From Kudoa neothunni (taxonomy: Eukaryota > Animalia > Cnidaria), in assembly GCA_964304625.1 (NCBI GenBank), contig OZ199840.1, positions 3,671,631 to 3,735,630 of the forward strand: a stretch of DNA of 64,000 bases. The letters run 5' to 3'. Position 1 is the stretch's first letter, and each line of letters opens with the position of its first letter. The notes beneath the pieces are model-generated. The model ran no database searches. It saw only the letters and a program-made list of their open reading frames with translations, and was not told where the DNA came from. The translations under genes were made by a program, and so were the position numbers. This document shows, one piece after another, positions 14,859-28,300 of this stretch.

Positions 14859-17171
14859 TATTAGTTTTTGCTATTTTTATAGTCTGTTAAAAATTATCTT
14901 AATTTTATGTTCACCAATCACATTTGATATAAGTACGAAACTTTATTCTTTTTGTTAAATCGTTTGTAAGGTCTAATTGAAAGTATTGGTGTATATTTTT
15001 AGTAGTTTAAAAGATTTAAATACAGAATATTACTAACCCTTGGCGAACTGGATAATTTGCGCTAGGTTGTTAATAGAACGCAAAATTTTACATAATAATC
15101 TCATCACAACTAAAAATATGAATTTTACGTCACTACACTTTATATCTGCCTAAGGAGTTTCATTAAAAATTAAGAATTATTAAATTTTTCTAACAATAAA
15201 ATTGGATTATATCATAATAATAAACCGTTTTCATTCTGATTTATTGTTAGATCATATTAAAGTTAAAAACCTACACAATGATGTTAATATAAGGAAGATA
15301 GCCAACTAAAATAAAAATTAAGATTTAGCTAACGGTAAAAATTACCTGGTTAAATATACTTTCATATCTAAACTAAAAACTACCATTTTACTCAAATTGC
15401 TATAACATTCCTACTTTTAATCTATGTGCCTAACTAAACATCATCCTCTTCTATCGAAAAAATATCATACTTAGACATAATTAGAAAAATTCATATAAAA
15501 CTTAATATTCTTGATAGGAATATAGTTTTAAGGTTCTTATTCCCTAGAAAATAACTAGTTATTTAATTATTGCTTTATTTTGTTCAGAGATATCCATTTT
15601 ACAAATATACAACGAAATTTCAACATGTTGTTAATTTTATGGTTACCATTATATAATGCTGATACTATGCATATTAGTCGGTTAATATGGTAGAGAGTAC
15701 GAAGAAATTCCAAAATTTGCAACAACGTTGATCTCTTAGAAATTTACGCAACTCCAATAAATATAATGATTCATATAATAGAATCACCAACAATACTAAC
15801 TAGCTAACATAATACGAACTCTAATTTGGTGAAACGCTAATACTCCTAGGTTATGTTTTCTATTGTTCTCCCAATGAAGCACAAATGGGGTAAATTTTCC
15901 CCATAAACATTGTGTCCACACAAAACTTAAGATTTGAATTGTTGGAGCCACCTTTAAATATAGTTAAATAAAAATATTACTCTTATACAAATAATCATTA
16001 CCATCAGTTGGGTTGGTTGGATTGTTAGGATTGGTAGGATTCGTTGGTCTACATAAGTAAGTAAGTAAGTAATAAACAAACAAATTGTCATAAAAGGAAG
16101 TTACGGTGGATTCCCTCCTTGTGGAACAGCGATGCATCTGCCAGGTTGGACGCACACCTTTCATTATTAATATTATAGTTGATAGATGGATATTTTTGAT
16201 ATTTTACTTGTCCACGCTGACACCTATTTTGGCAAGCGTCTTTTATTTGACTTTTATCCACACATGTGTTTTTGTAGCATACCTAAGTTAATCAGTCTCA
16301 TCTCCAACATAAAAATCAATGTCCATGATTACTTTATTGTCATGACAAAGTGCTCCCTCAGGTTTCACTCTCAATTTATCATCCATCGGACCCTCGGGAT
16401 AGCTTTTATTATTTTATTACATTGTCTCAGAAAAATTAAAAATTTGAGATTACTGGCATTCAGAATTTTCCAAGCCAGGCGACCTCATCTCAAAGCTATG
16501 CTTTTTCTCGGTGGAATAAAACGTTCCGCTGCAGACAGCTAAACCACAGTTTTGTTTGTATGCACTATTTTCAACTTAAGACGTCTTAAACGAGATGTAG
16601 TTACAGTTTGCAAAACAAATAATCGGTATCTTCCCCGAACGATTTCAGCGCCCTGCAGTTACGTTCTTTGAACGTGACATGTTTGTCGCATAACTCAGAA
16701 TTGACAAGTTCTTGAGCTAAATTTTATTGTTAAATTATTTAATTTACGATTAAAATTACATTTTGGGAATGGAATCTTGCAGATATAATCTCTTGATGGG
16801 CAAATGCCGTTAAAACAAAATGCCTACAGAATCGTTTAATAATCGAATAATCTACTATTAGAATATTTACGCCATCTTTACAAGGTGAGCCATCTGCTAG
16901 TTTCAAATCAGGAGCCACGCACTTGTCAAAAAGTCAAAACTTTGCATACATCTTCACATAAATTAAAGTTTACTCGAGGACTTTGACCATCGCAATACTC
17001 CGGAATGTCACATTTGTCTTTGGCTGGACGACAAACAGATCTTGACGTCAATATCTGAAATTTCAAAAGTAGGAAAATTTAACATATAATTTGATATTTT
17101 ACTTTTCCGTTTCTACAGCACTCACCATGTGAGCATGGTCTACCGGTATCCCCAAAATTGTCATTACTACC
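13696..17171. repeat. Left arm of a ~3.5-kb inverted duplication (partner 29887-33390)
   Basis: About 99% reverse-complement identity by eye. ORF 16186-16542(+) is identical to ORF 30516-30872(-). Confidence 0.95.
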
Positions 17172-20100
17172 ATTATTATTATTATTATTATTATTGTTGT
17201 TATTATTATTATTGTTGTTATTATTATTGTTGTTATTATTATTGTTGTTATTATTGTTGTTGTTATTATTGTTGTTGTTATTATTATTATTATTGGAACC
17301 ATCGGAGCCTCTGCAGTTGACACAATTAGAACCATTTCCTCCAACTTCGCACATCTAATTGGTGGTTTCAACCAAAGAGAGATGCAATAATTACCTCTTT
17401 CAAGCCACAATCGCAAGTCTCGCCGGGTTCTACAACTCCGTTTCCGCAGACGTTCGAACTAAACTAAATAACTGTGCTATTTCTGATTATAATAACGTGC
17501 TTCCCTACAAATTTTGCACTCACACCCTCACTAAGAGAAGTCAACGCTAATTTCCCGCGTAACGTTGATTTTTAATACAAGCAGTAGAGAGTAATGTTTA
17601 CGGAAAATTTGGCATAGCTTTATAAATTTCCTAAATTTTATTATCTTTTATTAATTTAAATTAGTTTGATTGTCTCTATCTGTCATAGGAGGTTATTATA
17701 AAATTTATAAATCCGTATTTCGCTGTCTCATGACGAACCAAGCGAGTTATTTTTATTTAATAGTGTTATTTTTGAATAAAATTGTTAATAATTATACATT
17801 TAAAATGTTTTTAATTTATTGTATAATATAACCTAAATTATTTAATGTTATAAAATTTAAACAAAAATATTAAAATAAAATAGATGAATTGTCGTCTTAT
17901 TTAATACAGTGGGTAACCGATTTTACGTAATCTCTACGGGGTTGGCAAAAAAGTACGTAAAGTCCACAACGACGGATTTACACGTACCAAGCGGGCGCAC
18001 GCGCACTCAAAAAAAGATTTTTATTTGTTAAAACTATATCACGGACTTTAAAATTACGTAAATAAATTGAGTAAACTTTATTTATTTATATTTATAAGTA
18101 CACAATAATAGTGAATTCCAAATTTATTTTCTAAAACATGGATAAAATTCTGTTATTTTCAATTTTCTAATTTTCCTTCAATGACATTTCATAAAACTCT
18201 TCTTCAATTTAACACAATAGGTTGTATTTTCTACTACCACCGACTTTGGTATGCGTTTGAAATTTGCACACAATCAATTTCTTATTTTTATGGAACTTTA
18301 TAGGTGTTATTTTGACCCCCTCCTGTTCGATATCCTTCATAGTTGATTACACAACGCCCGTATTTTCAATAATACAAACCATTTAATGTTTAATTATCTC
18401 CTACTCGAGTATTATTTCGTCAATTTCATCCTTTTTTTTATTTCATAAAAAGAATATAATGTGGAACTCTCGAATTGACGATTTGTAATTGTTTTTTAAT
18501 TTATAGGAGAAAGAGTTCCAAAGAACCTCAATATTTCATAGTTTTCTTTAAATGTTCAACGCCTCTGGTTATCAGTGATCATAGCTAGTGATTGCGTAAA
18601 ATTCGCAAGTGGTATAGAAATCGGAATAAAAATGTATTTAAAATTAGTCACTACGGATTTTACGTACCTTGGCATTATTTGATATTAAATGAATATTTTC
18701 TATTTGTAAAATAAGGAATATTTATTACAATAAACTTTTGAATATAGACATTTAAGATGAGAATCACTAAGTCGTTTTTTTAGAGTGCGTAAAATCGATT
18801 GCCGACTGTATAAAAAATTAAATAAAAACGTTGAGATACCTAATTTCTGTTTCGAGAATAACACATCTAAAAGGATATATGTATATAATTATTTATTTAA
18901 TTCTGAGACTATTTAGCTCTCTCGGTTGTTTAAAAAATAGTTCAAATCGCGACACTTTGTTAATTAACGAAATGCATAGAGGCTTCCGGTGTTTTAACGA
19001 CGTATTATGATCGTCAATATTTAGGAATAGGACCTTAATAATTATTACAGTTCAAATGAAACCAATGGGTAATTTAATGGGGGCCAACGAATACAATGCG
19101 AAAACCTGTTTGATTTGATTTTATATTTATTTGAGCTGATTTTCGCGTCGATTGTAAGGAAGCACTGTTATAATGCAAGCATTACAGATTCTTTTTGCGA
19201 TTCAACTATGCATGATTTTGTTTTAGCTGCTTTAAGTACGATATCAATGGAGCAAGTGTGAAAAGTTGGTGGAAGTTTTTCTTCCCTTTAATTTATACTC
19301 AAGTATCCGATTGAGATAGCAACTAATACCATGTGAAGACGTATGGTAGCATAATACAAAGTTTGCTATGTGTGCATTGACATGCTGGGGTAATTCGTCC
19401 TATTGGATGAAAAATTATATTTTTGAGTGATGTAATAAAAATATCAAGTCAACTAACAAACATTTTTTTACATTATTCCCATTTTATTCGATTAACAATG
19501 TCGATGAAAATTATCTCAATAACAGCTGAAAGAATTCGTACTTACCGACATGGGGCATACCCAAGTTATGCCCAAGTTCATGAACTACTGTTCTAGAAGC
19601 ATGATTGACATTGAATTTTGATTTCACGCCAACCTGTAAAAAGTTTTTAACCCAGTGATGTGCTCAAATAAATAAATATTTACTTGAGAAACAGCTACAC
19701 CATAACCGCAGACTGCACCTACTGTGCCCAAACCCAATATTGCCCCACTTTTAGAAGCAATTGGATCGATCTCTCTGTAAAGTGAAAAAAAATGATTGGA
19801 TGAACAGTTTATTATTTTGTATATAAACAGGAAGTTGATGTAAAAGATTATACATAAATAACGAAGACATATCTCCCCTTTGCTTATTTCTCATATTTAA
19901 TTTGAGGAAGGAGTTGTATGCTTTATAAATTTCCGTTTTTGACACCTCGATTGGATCCTTACTCCAAATTTCCCATTTTCTTACTCTTATGACCAAATTG
20001 TGCCACATATAATTCTGGAATAAAAAAATAATTGGTATAACGAAGATGAATTTTAATACAATCTGAATAGCTTTAATAATATCTTCTAGGTATTTTTTAG

Positions 20101-20469
20101 GATCTTTACCTTTACTTTTAAGGGTTTCAGTCTATTTGAAATTTGGTCAACATTTTTCGTTATGTATTAACAACAATTTTTGAGAACGAATATGAAAATT
20201 ATTTTAAAATTACTAAATAACTTGAGCTAAAAAAATCCACATCTAGATTTAACTTATTCTTCGATCTTAATAGTTTGCTTGGATTTTTATAGTCCTAACA
20301 CAGGTTAGTTTTGAATGAATAAATGAATATGGTTACAAAAACGCCCTTTTTATGAGAATATTGATGACAATTAACATGATCTAAAATATCTCTCAATTAT
20401 CATTCCAACAATTCCAATAGTACCTTGAAACTGCAACAGAAAAAATATTATAATAATCTGAACCAACAT
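15860..20469 (-). CDS. Secreted adamalysin/ADAM-like metalloprotease-disintegrin, paralog A (about 21 exons)
   Basis: Signal peptide MLVQIIIIFFLLQFQ, then DYKNP, HELGHNLGMPHV, Met-turn CIML, CGNGVVEPGETCDCG, N41, CSHGECC and CRPAKDKCDIPEYCDG. These are followed by Cys-rich/EGF-like exons, a PTNP repeat and a terminal exon ending ICASLGEQ-TAG. Confidence 0.88.
17172..17294 (-). repeat. Coding (AAT/AAC)n microsatellite encoding 41 Asn in paralog A
   Basis: 123 bp, in frame between GSDGS and GSNDNFG. Confidence 0.95.
17907..18808. mobile_element. Tc1/mariner-like non-autonomous element in an intron of paralog A
   Basis: TA-flanked on both sides, with an imperfect ~28-bp terminal repeat (CAGTGGGTAACCGATTTTACG / CAGTCGGCAATCGATTTTACG). 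Confidence 0.7.
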
Positions 20470-21152
20470 CAACGACTATATCAGATGTTTTTTATTATGT
20501 TGAGTGAACACCCTAATTAAGATGAATATTATGTGTCGAATGAAATTCGTCGTGAATTTTTTCAGAGGTAACATTTATTCGAAACCTAAACGGGCTCGAA
20601 CTAGTTCAATTTTTATCTTTTAAAATTTTTATAATGGTAAATAAATGTACTTGGTGTAGTTAAACCGAATCATTACAAACAATATACATATGTATGAGAT
20701 TTTTTCAACAAGTATTCAGATTTTTTGTTTTCATTTTAATTAATACATAAATATAAACGGAATCTTTCTACTGGCTATTTGTTTTTCCTTCTTCGGCGAC
20801 TCTATAATCCATAATTTTGAAAATGACACCCAAAATCCATCTGCTGAAGGATTTTGTCAAATTTCCGTAACATATGAATCATAAATTATTTCTGTATACC
20901 ATAATATTTTTACCGACGGAGGCTTTTTTAAAACAACGAGCTAAATGACTAATATCCTTTCTATTTAGAGGAATCTATGTCAACAAGTGCACATGTATTC
21001 CTTTTTTGTTTATTAAGCATTTATGGAAGCATCTTTATATATAAGTATATCTTTTATAAACTTATTGTATTATCAAATTAAAATCCCACGCATATTCATA
21101 AAGATAAATCTCCTTTAGTATTTCCACGTCATCGCTAATCAGATTATGTAAA

Positions 21153-23849
21153 CAGGGTTGCCAGAATTGGTACGACTTTGACGCAAGTTGGTACGTTTAA
21201 AGTCAACGAGTTTCGAGATAAAATTATTATAGGTGAATGCCACATAATGAGATAAAGTGTTAGAAGACATGAAGCAATGTATCCATTCATATTCCTCAAA
21301 TAGCTCGAAACCTCAAAATGAATATAGTGGGTGGCGGGTAACACGTAATCCCTTTGGGACTCGATAAAAAGTGCGAATTAGCCGGCGATGATGAGTAATA
21401 CGCACTTTGGAGCGCATGCGTACATCAACATTCAATTATTTTCTTATTATTATTGTAATAATTTACTTTAGAGAACATCTATTAATTTAACTTGTTTGCT
21501 GTACTCCATGTAAACATTATACAAATCTTTTTTTAAGTTTTAAGTGTACTTTTAGAAATAAATAGAACCATTTTTTGTTTTAAATCCCTTTATACATTTG
21601 AGACGTTAATATTGTTTTTATGATTTAGATATTTATTAATTAACTTGTTCTAAATAGGATGTACTAATGTCTCTTAGATAACCGGAAAATATAGTTATTT
21701 TTTTCATCGTCTTTGTTTCGATATGTAATATTTTTAAAGTGATACTTTAATAATATTTTAAGTGGTTGAAAATTGTCCTGTTCAACCAACAAGATTTCTT
21801 GTTCTACTTCTGATATTTCCTGTAAAGAAAATTGCAATAAAACTGAATCATGATTTGTCTTAGTTAAATTTCAACCTCATTTTGAGTTTATAAATTTTTA
21901 GAGTTATTTTTAGGCGTACGTTCACCAACAAAATTTCGGATCTCTATAAAAGTTTAACCTACACAGATTAAACTATTCTTTAAAACTTTAAAAACAACAA
22001 TAGCTAACATCATAGACAGTTTACATAATTGTCTTCACAATTTCATTACGTTTAAACATGATTTCCTTTGAGGAATAACTCTGAAATATTTGACCTTATT
22101 CAAGCAATCCGTTCGCATGTTTTTCGTCGGATTCATCGTTTGTTCAGTTTTTTAATATTTACAGTTCCATTCTCATATAATTCCATAATTTTTAATTTCG
22201 TGGATAGGTTATTATTTATAATTAATATGAATATAAAAAATTATTTTTAATGGTGTGGCTTTAAGTTTTTGATATTAACTTCAAATAGTTTATTGCTTTG
22301 TATTTTTTATTTATTATAAGCATATTATGAAGATTTATATCAACCATACATACAAATCAAGTAATACCTGCAAACGATTTTAAAGTCAATTTCAGGAAAA
22401 TGGTGCGTATTACCCAACAATGCGTTTAAATTACAATATTTTATTGATTGCTTGTATGGAAATTATTTTTCACGTGTAACAACAACTAAATTAAGTTTAT
22501 AAACGTCAAACTAGGTAATATGTTCGACAAATAGTAAATTCTATATGAACAAGCAAAAGTAGGTATTATCTGTCACCCATTGTATTACGGATCACAATAA
22601 TTATTCGCAATCGAGCATCAGATCATATTGTATCTCTGCTGCATACGATGGCTGTCTCTTGAGCAAGTTATTCATGAAATATTCGAAGAATGAACGGTTC
22701 TCACAACGCTTCTTAAGGTTTGACCATCAGAAAACAGGGCTAAACTTGCACCTAAAATATTCTCACTTCTATTTAAGCTCATAAATGAAATTTACTAAAT
22801 TTTTTTTAATTTCTTCTCACCCCTAGCCACTAAATTCAAAGTTGAATCACCAGATGAGAGTTTAGATTTCATAAACTAAGGAATTTCTTTTAAAATATTG
22901 TTAAAATGAAACTTAACGATTTTTGGAAGGGTCTGATCAAAAACGAACACCTTCTGGAGCTTAAATTTGAAATACCCTTCAAATTATATTCTTCCGGATA
23001 AGTTTTATTATAGTTTGAAAGTAGAATCAATTTAGAATGAAAATACTACTGGAACAAATACTCAAGATTTTGTTTACTTTCTTAACAAAACCCTAGATTT
23101 CCATTTATTCCTGACGAAGGAGGTATTTCAAAGATTTTAAACATTGCAAGATTTATGCCTGTACAATTATATGAAGCAATGTATCCAGCAAATGTCAATG
23201 AAGGAAAATCCCATTCCATTACACCTCTCTCAAAGAGATTTCCAAATATTATTGTTGAAGATATGTATTTAAATTTGGATAGTTAATAGATAGAACTTAG
23301 CCTGTAAAACAACGGTCATTTCATTTAAAATGATCCAAAAAATATTGGTATACGGCAACAAATGAAAGAAGCGGAGAAACATTTAAGTATCGATTACTGT
23401 CAAAATGAATCCTACTTTTATTTGCTTTTCCTCATTCGTCTGGATCCGCTGACAGATTATTTTCATTAGCGAATAAAAAAAAAGTTAAAAACAGATTTAT
23501 ATAGGAAGATGAAACAATAAATGCTCTACAATATATTAAATGCTTACCGACAGACGTCAGTCGCACGAGGTGGAATCCATCTGACCAATTAACTAAAATG
23601 ATTGAAAAAATAGACCTATTTGATAAGGAGGAAAGTGATAATGAATTAATATTTTGATATATAAATAGATCCTATCAATTATTTTTTCTCTTTCGATTAT
23701 TTAATGTTGGTAGAATTATATTGTTCGTATTATTTTTAAAATATTGTATCTTTTTTAAATTTTAGTACGCTTTTAAACTTTTTGGTACATTTTGGTATGT
23801 TTCCATTACATTATTTGGTACGATTTACAAAATTCGTCTGGAAACCCCG
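21153..23849 (+). mobile_element. Degraded hAT transposon between paralogs A and B
   Basis: Terminal repeat CAGGGTTGCCAGA / CGGGGTTTCCAGA with repeated subterminal TTGGTAC motifs at both ends. Decayed coding remnants include VTHCITDH near 22572. Confidence 0.6.
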
Positions 23850-24579
23850 TATTTGAGCAATTTCGGGGATAATACTCATAAAATATGATTATGCGAATGA
23901 GTTTTGTTGTAGAAGTGAACTCAATTAAATCGGATTACTTCAACTTTTTTTTGTCTTATTAATTGAATTTTTTATAGTTATAAAAAGTCTAAAATAAATA
24001 AAAAATTGATACTTTTGTCTAAATCTGTTAATTTTTTATTAAAATATTTTTATTATTTGACATAGTACGATTTTTAAAAATGAAACTTAAAGAATAATTT
24101 AAATCGAAAAGTTTGTAAAGTTAACAAACAATTTACAAGTACGCAGCGAAAATTCTACGTCCGATCTTCCCAAAATAAAACAAGGATTGCCATCTTCGTT
24201 TTATTAGACAACGAAATCCGCACCTCTTCTATATACCTTCCATATACGATAAGGCGTAGCTCAATAAAACTATCTGGTGTATTTAGACCTACGCGTAATA
24301 TACAAATAATTTCAATAATGAAGTAAAGATAAATTCATTATTTCGTTCCAATTTAATGTTAATATTTTAAAATGTCTCGATAAAATTTTCATTATTATAT
24401 TATGTATTAATAATTAGGTTCATCTAAAAGTTAATTAAATAATACAAAAGTTTTATTCATTAATATTTTGAATTAAACGCATCTCGTAAGATGTTCCTGA
24501 ATTATATCAAAAGGAAACATGACGATTGATTAAACTGAGTAAAATAACGATGCATTTATTAATTCTTTACAAATAAAAT

Positions 24580-25010
24580 ATTTTAACGTTGATGATTTAC
24601 CTAACAAATTTCTCAACAAAAATTTCAAATTGTGATCCAATCTCTCACCCTCAAATCATTGTACGCACATCCAGTAAGGAAGCGCAGTTCTACGTATCAG
24701 TACAAATCATAATACTAACTTCAGAATCCTTGCATTTATATGTAGTTATCCACGTAAAGTAATCATAAATCGGTAATTTAATCGAATGTATCAGCATTGA
24801 ATGTGGAATATTAGAACCATAGAAAATTTAGATATCTACTAATAAGTTTTGTTGTAAACTGTTCAAAAGCTAAAAAGTGAGATTAAACTAAACAAGCTTC
24901 CATTAAATCTTCAGCATTTCCTGAAATTTTACCTTTTGAGCTCAAGGGATTGACATATAACCAATATATTGGCTGAAGGTGGACACATGTCTGGCCATTA
25001 TACCGTGCAT
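24580..25010 (-). pseudogene. Possible highly degraded LTR-retrotransposon integrase fragment
   Basis: Frame-broken motifs WPDM, DYFTW and EIGSQF occur in integrase-like order. The evidence is weak. Confidence 0.3.
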
Positions 25011-25337
25011 CAGGAGTTTTCGGGTTTTAAACCAGCCCTGACTAGATAGATATAAAATTTTAAAGCAGCAAAATAAAGTGTTAGTTAATACAATATTTAT
25101 TTGACGTTCCACCGAAATCATTCAATCGGAATTCATTAGAATCTAACCGCAAATCTCATCCTTATTTCTAACACTATTATTCCAGGTGTGGCTCATTGAT
25201 TTCTTGTTATAAGCATTTATAATAATTATTAAAATTAAGCGGACTCAAAACGATTGGTTCGTTGCGTCTAATTACACGGGTAAGCTCACATATCTTCTCT
25301 AAGGCGATCCCGGCGGTCCATTCGAAAATTTGAGTTG

Positions 25338-28300
25338 ATGATGTTTGAATATAGGACATGCCTTCTATTTTTGTTATTTATCGGGACATATATAGGTATT
25401 AGAAGAAGAATTCATAATCTAATGTGAGTTTAGAGATATGCTTAGCCAATAAATATTCCAAAAGAAATACAAAAATGGTAGAATCAATTCTTAGACGCAC
25501 ACCTCTGTCAACACTAATAATGTTTCTATGTAGGATTACAAAAACCCAGCAAAAATGTTGAGAGCCGAGAAACGATTGAATGCTGATGTGGATTTCTATT
25601 CGTCATCATTTGTTGTAAATGTGTAATGGCTTCTATTATGTTTATAACTTTTATAGCGTGAATCATTGCAGCGAAAGAAAATAGATCCAAAAAAGTATCA
25701 AGAAGATCTACTTAAGGCCATACAACTGGTAACTTTATTGACTTGAAACCTACCTTTAATATGTACTATTTTAGAATTATATGTGGCACAACGTGGCTAT
25801 AAGGATAAGGAAGTATGAAGTTTGGTCAAAAGATCCATTTCCAGTTTCGAGAAAAGATCTTTACGCTATCTATCATGCATTTTTCAAATATTCAAGAAAA
25901 GTCAGTAGAGACGCGGATTTGGTATCTTTATTTGGGTATCTTTCATATTCAATTATTCATTCGTTAACAAATCAAAATATTTTTTAATTTGTTGATTGTT
26001 TTATATATTCTAACGAATAAAATATGAAAGAATATTCTACTTAATACGTATATATATACATATTAAAGATTATCTTTAATTACAAAATTTTTTTTACTAG
26101 ATATAATTTAAAATGTACTGTTTTTATTTTTCGAGGATTCATCATATATTAAAAAATAATTTGATATACAATTTTTTTAATGAAATATAAAACTATTTGA
26201 TCGGGTTTCTATATTCTAGAGATTTGGACCCAAAAGCAGGAGGTAGAAGAAGTGTCGTTGGATTAGGTACAGTAGATTCTGTTTGTAGACATGGTGTTGC
26301 TGTTTCGCAGGTCAAGAAATGAATTGAATCTCAATTTTATACAACATATATAAAATAGATCGGCTATGGAGCCGGTTATGATATGCTTGAGGCATCAAGA
26401 ACTGTCGTTCATGAACTGGGTCATAATTTTGGAATGAACCATGTGAGTATGTACTGCGTTGGTCAATATAATATTAACATAAAGACGGATTAATTTCAGT
26501 TTTTTTGAATAATACATAATTTTACTATTTGAAATGGGAAAATAAAATATTTTGTATTTTTAACCCTCTAAGCTACGAAAAATACCATCCTCCAACCAAC
26601 TTTGGTAAATATCACTTCAAACTTTTTTGCTTAAACTTACTTTAAAATTATTTTAATTTGATTCGCAAATTTTTAAATAATTCTATCCTAAGAATTTTGA
26701 GAAAACCCGAAATTACTGCGTTAAGTAAGCTCACTCGTGTAGCTTCGGTTATGTGTCGTACGTTTACGGAATAAATTAAACTAAAACAATACTATCAAAC
26801 AGCCATAAAACGACATTTTTGATACAAAATAAACTTTGATAAAATAGTAAAAAAATGAGAATTCAACTTAGACACAATCTGTACATTTATTCGAAAAATG
26901 AAATTTGCAATAGAATTCACTACAATTTAAACATTTATTGGATGGTTTTTGTTATTTTGACGTGGGGAAAATACGCAACACACTTGTTTTATCTTCATGT
27001 TTCTGCTCATCAGCGGCTGGTACGGGGTCTAGGTCATTTCCTTCAAAAAAGTTCGCCTTAATTTCGTTTTATCGTTATATATGTTTCAATATAACGCAAA
27101 AGCATTTATTAATGATAGATAAGTCGACCATATTGAAAAATACAACCATGAGCCATCTCCTGTTAAATCGTCTTACATAAACAGACGACAATATTTTTTC
27201 AACAGTGTCCACTCCCTTTTTTGTTTTGTTGTACCACAATATTGTTTGGGGTTTTTTCTTTCCACATTCACTAGGAATATTCGACTTAATAGTCCCAGTC
27301 AATAAAAGAACCACACATTCTCTTTTCTTGTCAACATATTTTTTTGAAAAATGCGAAGGTGGTGCCGTACAACTCTCTGTGTTTGGAAGGAAGAACACAT
27401 GGTGGTGATTCTCTTTTATGTCATATGGTCCCTAGATACGTTAACTATCTCTCTAATAACCTGGTCGCTAACTTTAAGGATGAAAAGAAGTTGTCCGCCA
27501 CGATCGTTCTTCCGGAATGAAACAACGGGGCTGCCAGTGACAAGACAATACTTTCTCCAACGCTATAGCTTCGGTCAGTTTTACCTCCGTTTTTTCCAAG
27601 GTATGGAGAAATATTTACGATATAATTATCCAAAGGATCGACAAGAAGGAAAAACTTCAACCTGTATTTCGCTGGTTTCAATGGCATATATTGCCTAAAT
27701 GGGCACCTTCATCTAAAAGATACTAACTGCTCATTAACAGTAATATCTTCATTGGGTGGAAAACATATCGACAATATTTGTATCCACATGTTCCATACAT
27801 TGCGAATCAGACAAAATTTGTCGTTTTCTCTCCGTTGTTCTCTAGTAGCCTGTCATCGAAATGAAGACTTTAATATTCGTCGAAATCGGTGATAAGTGAA
27901 GAGTTGTCGACAGATATGCTTCCCTTCAGGTAAACTGAAAAGTTCAGTCAGTGGCTCCTCTCTATCCTTAGGAACGGCCATTAATATTAAGGTTCCCAAG
28001 AACCCTTTAAATTCTGTTTCATCCAGATCAATCCATGAGTCGCGAAATTTGGCTTTCCCAAATATATTTGTAAATTTTGTTATCCCTTCACAAATTTTGG
28101 TTGTGAAAAATATAACAAAGCAATCCAAAATATTTGTGACCCGTTGTGTAGCATATGCGGTTGGACCAGGATAGGAATTCATAATCTTCTCCATAGATGT
28201 CCTCGATGAAATAAGTTTCTTTACTGTCCAGAGAATTCCGTTTTTGCGTGTTGTAGCATTATAAGAAAGCTCATTCTCTGAAATTTCGTGAGAATAGTCC

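Noticed and set aside
16186-16542. 118-aa ORF repeated at 30516-30872 and partly at 58677-58907, as a novel gene family
   Set aside because: It is the antisense shadow of the exons and introns of the ADAM-like genes. Its recurrence reflects their duplication.
17099-17416. Poly-Ile/Thr, poly-Leu and Tyr/Cys-rich ORFs (also 29477-29959, 29507-29929, 51156-51341, 57696-57988)
   Set aside because: These are alternative frames and strands of the coding AAT/AAC microsatellites. Only the Asn frame fits the splice phases and disintegrin motifs.
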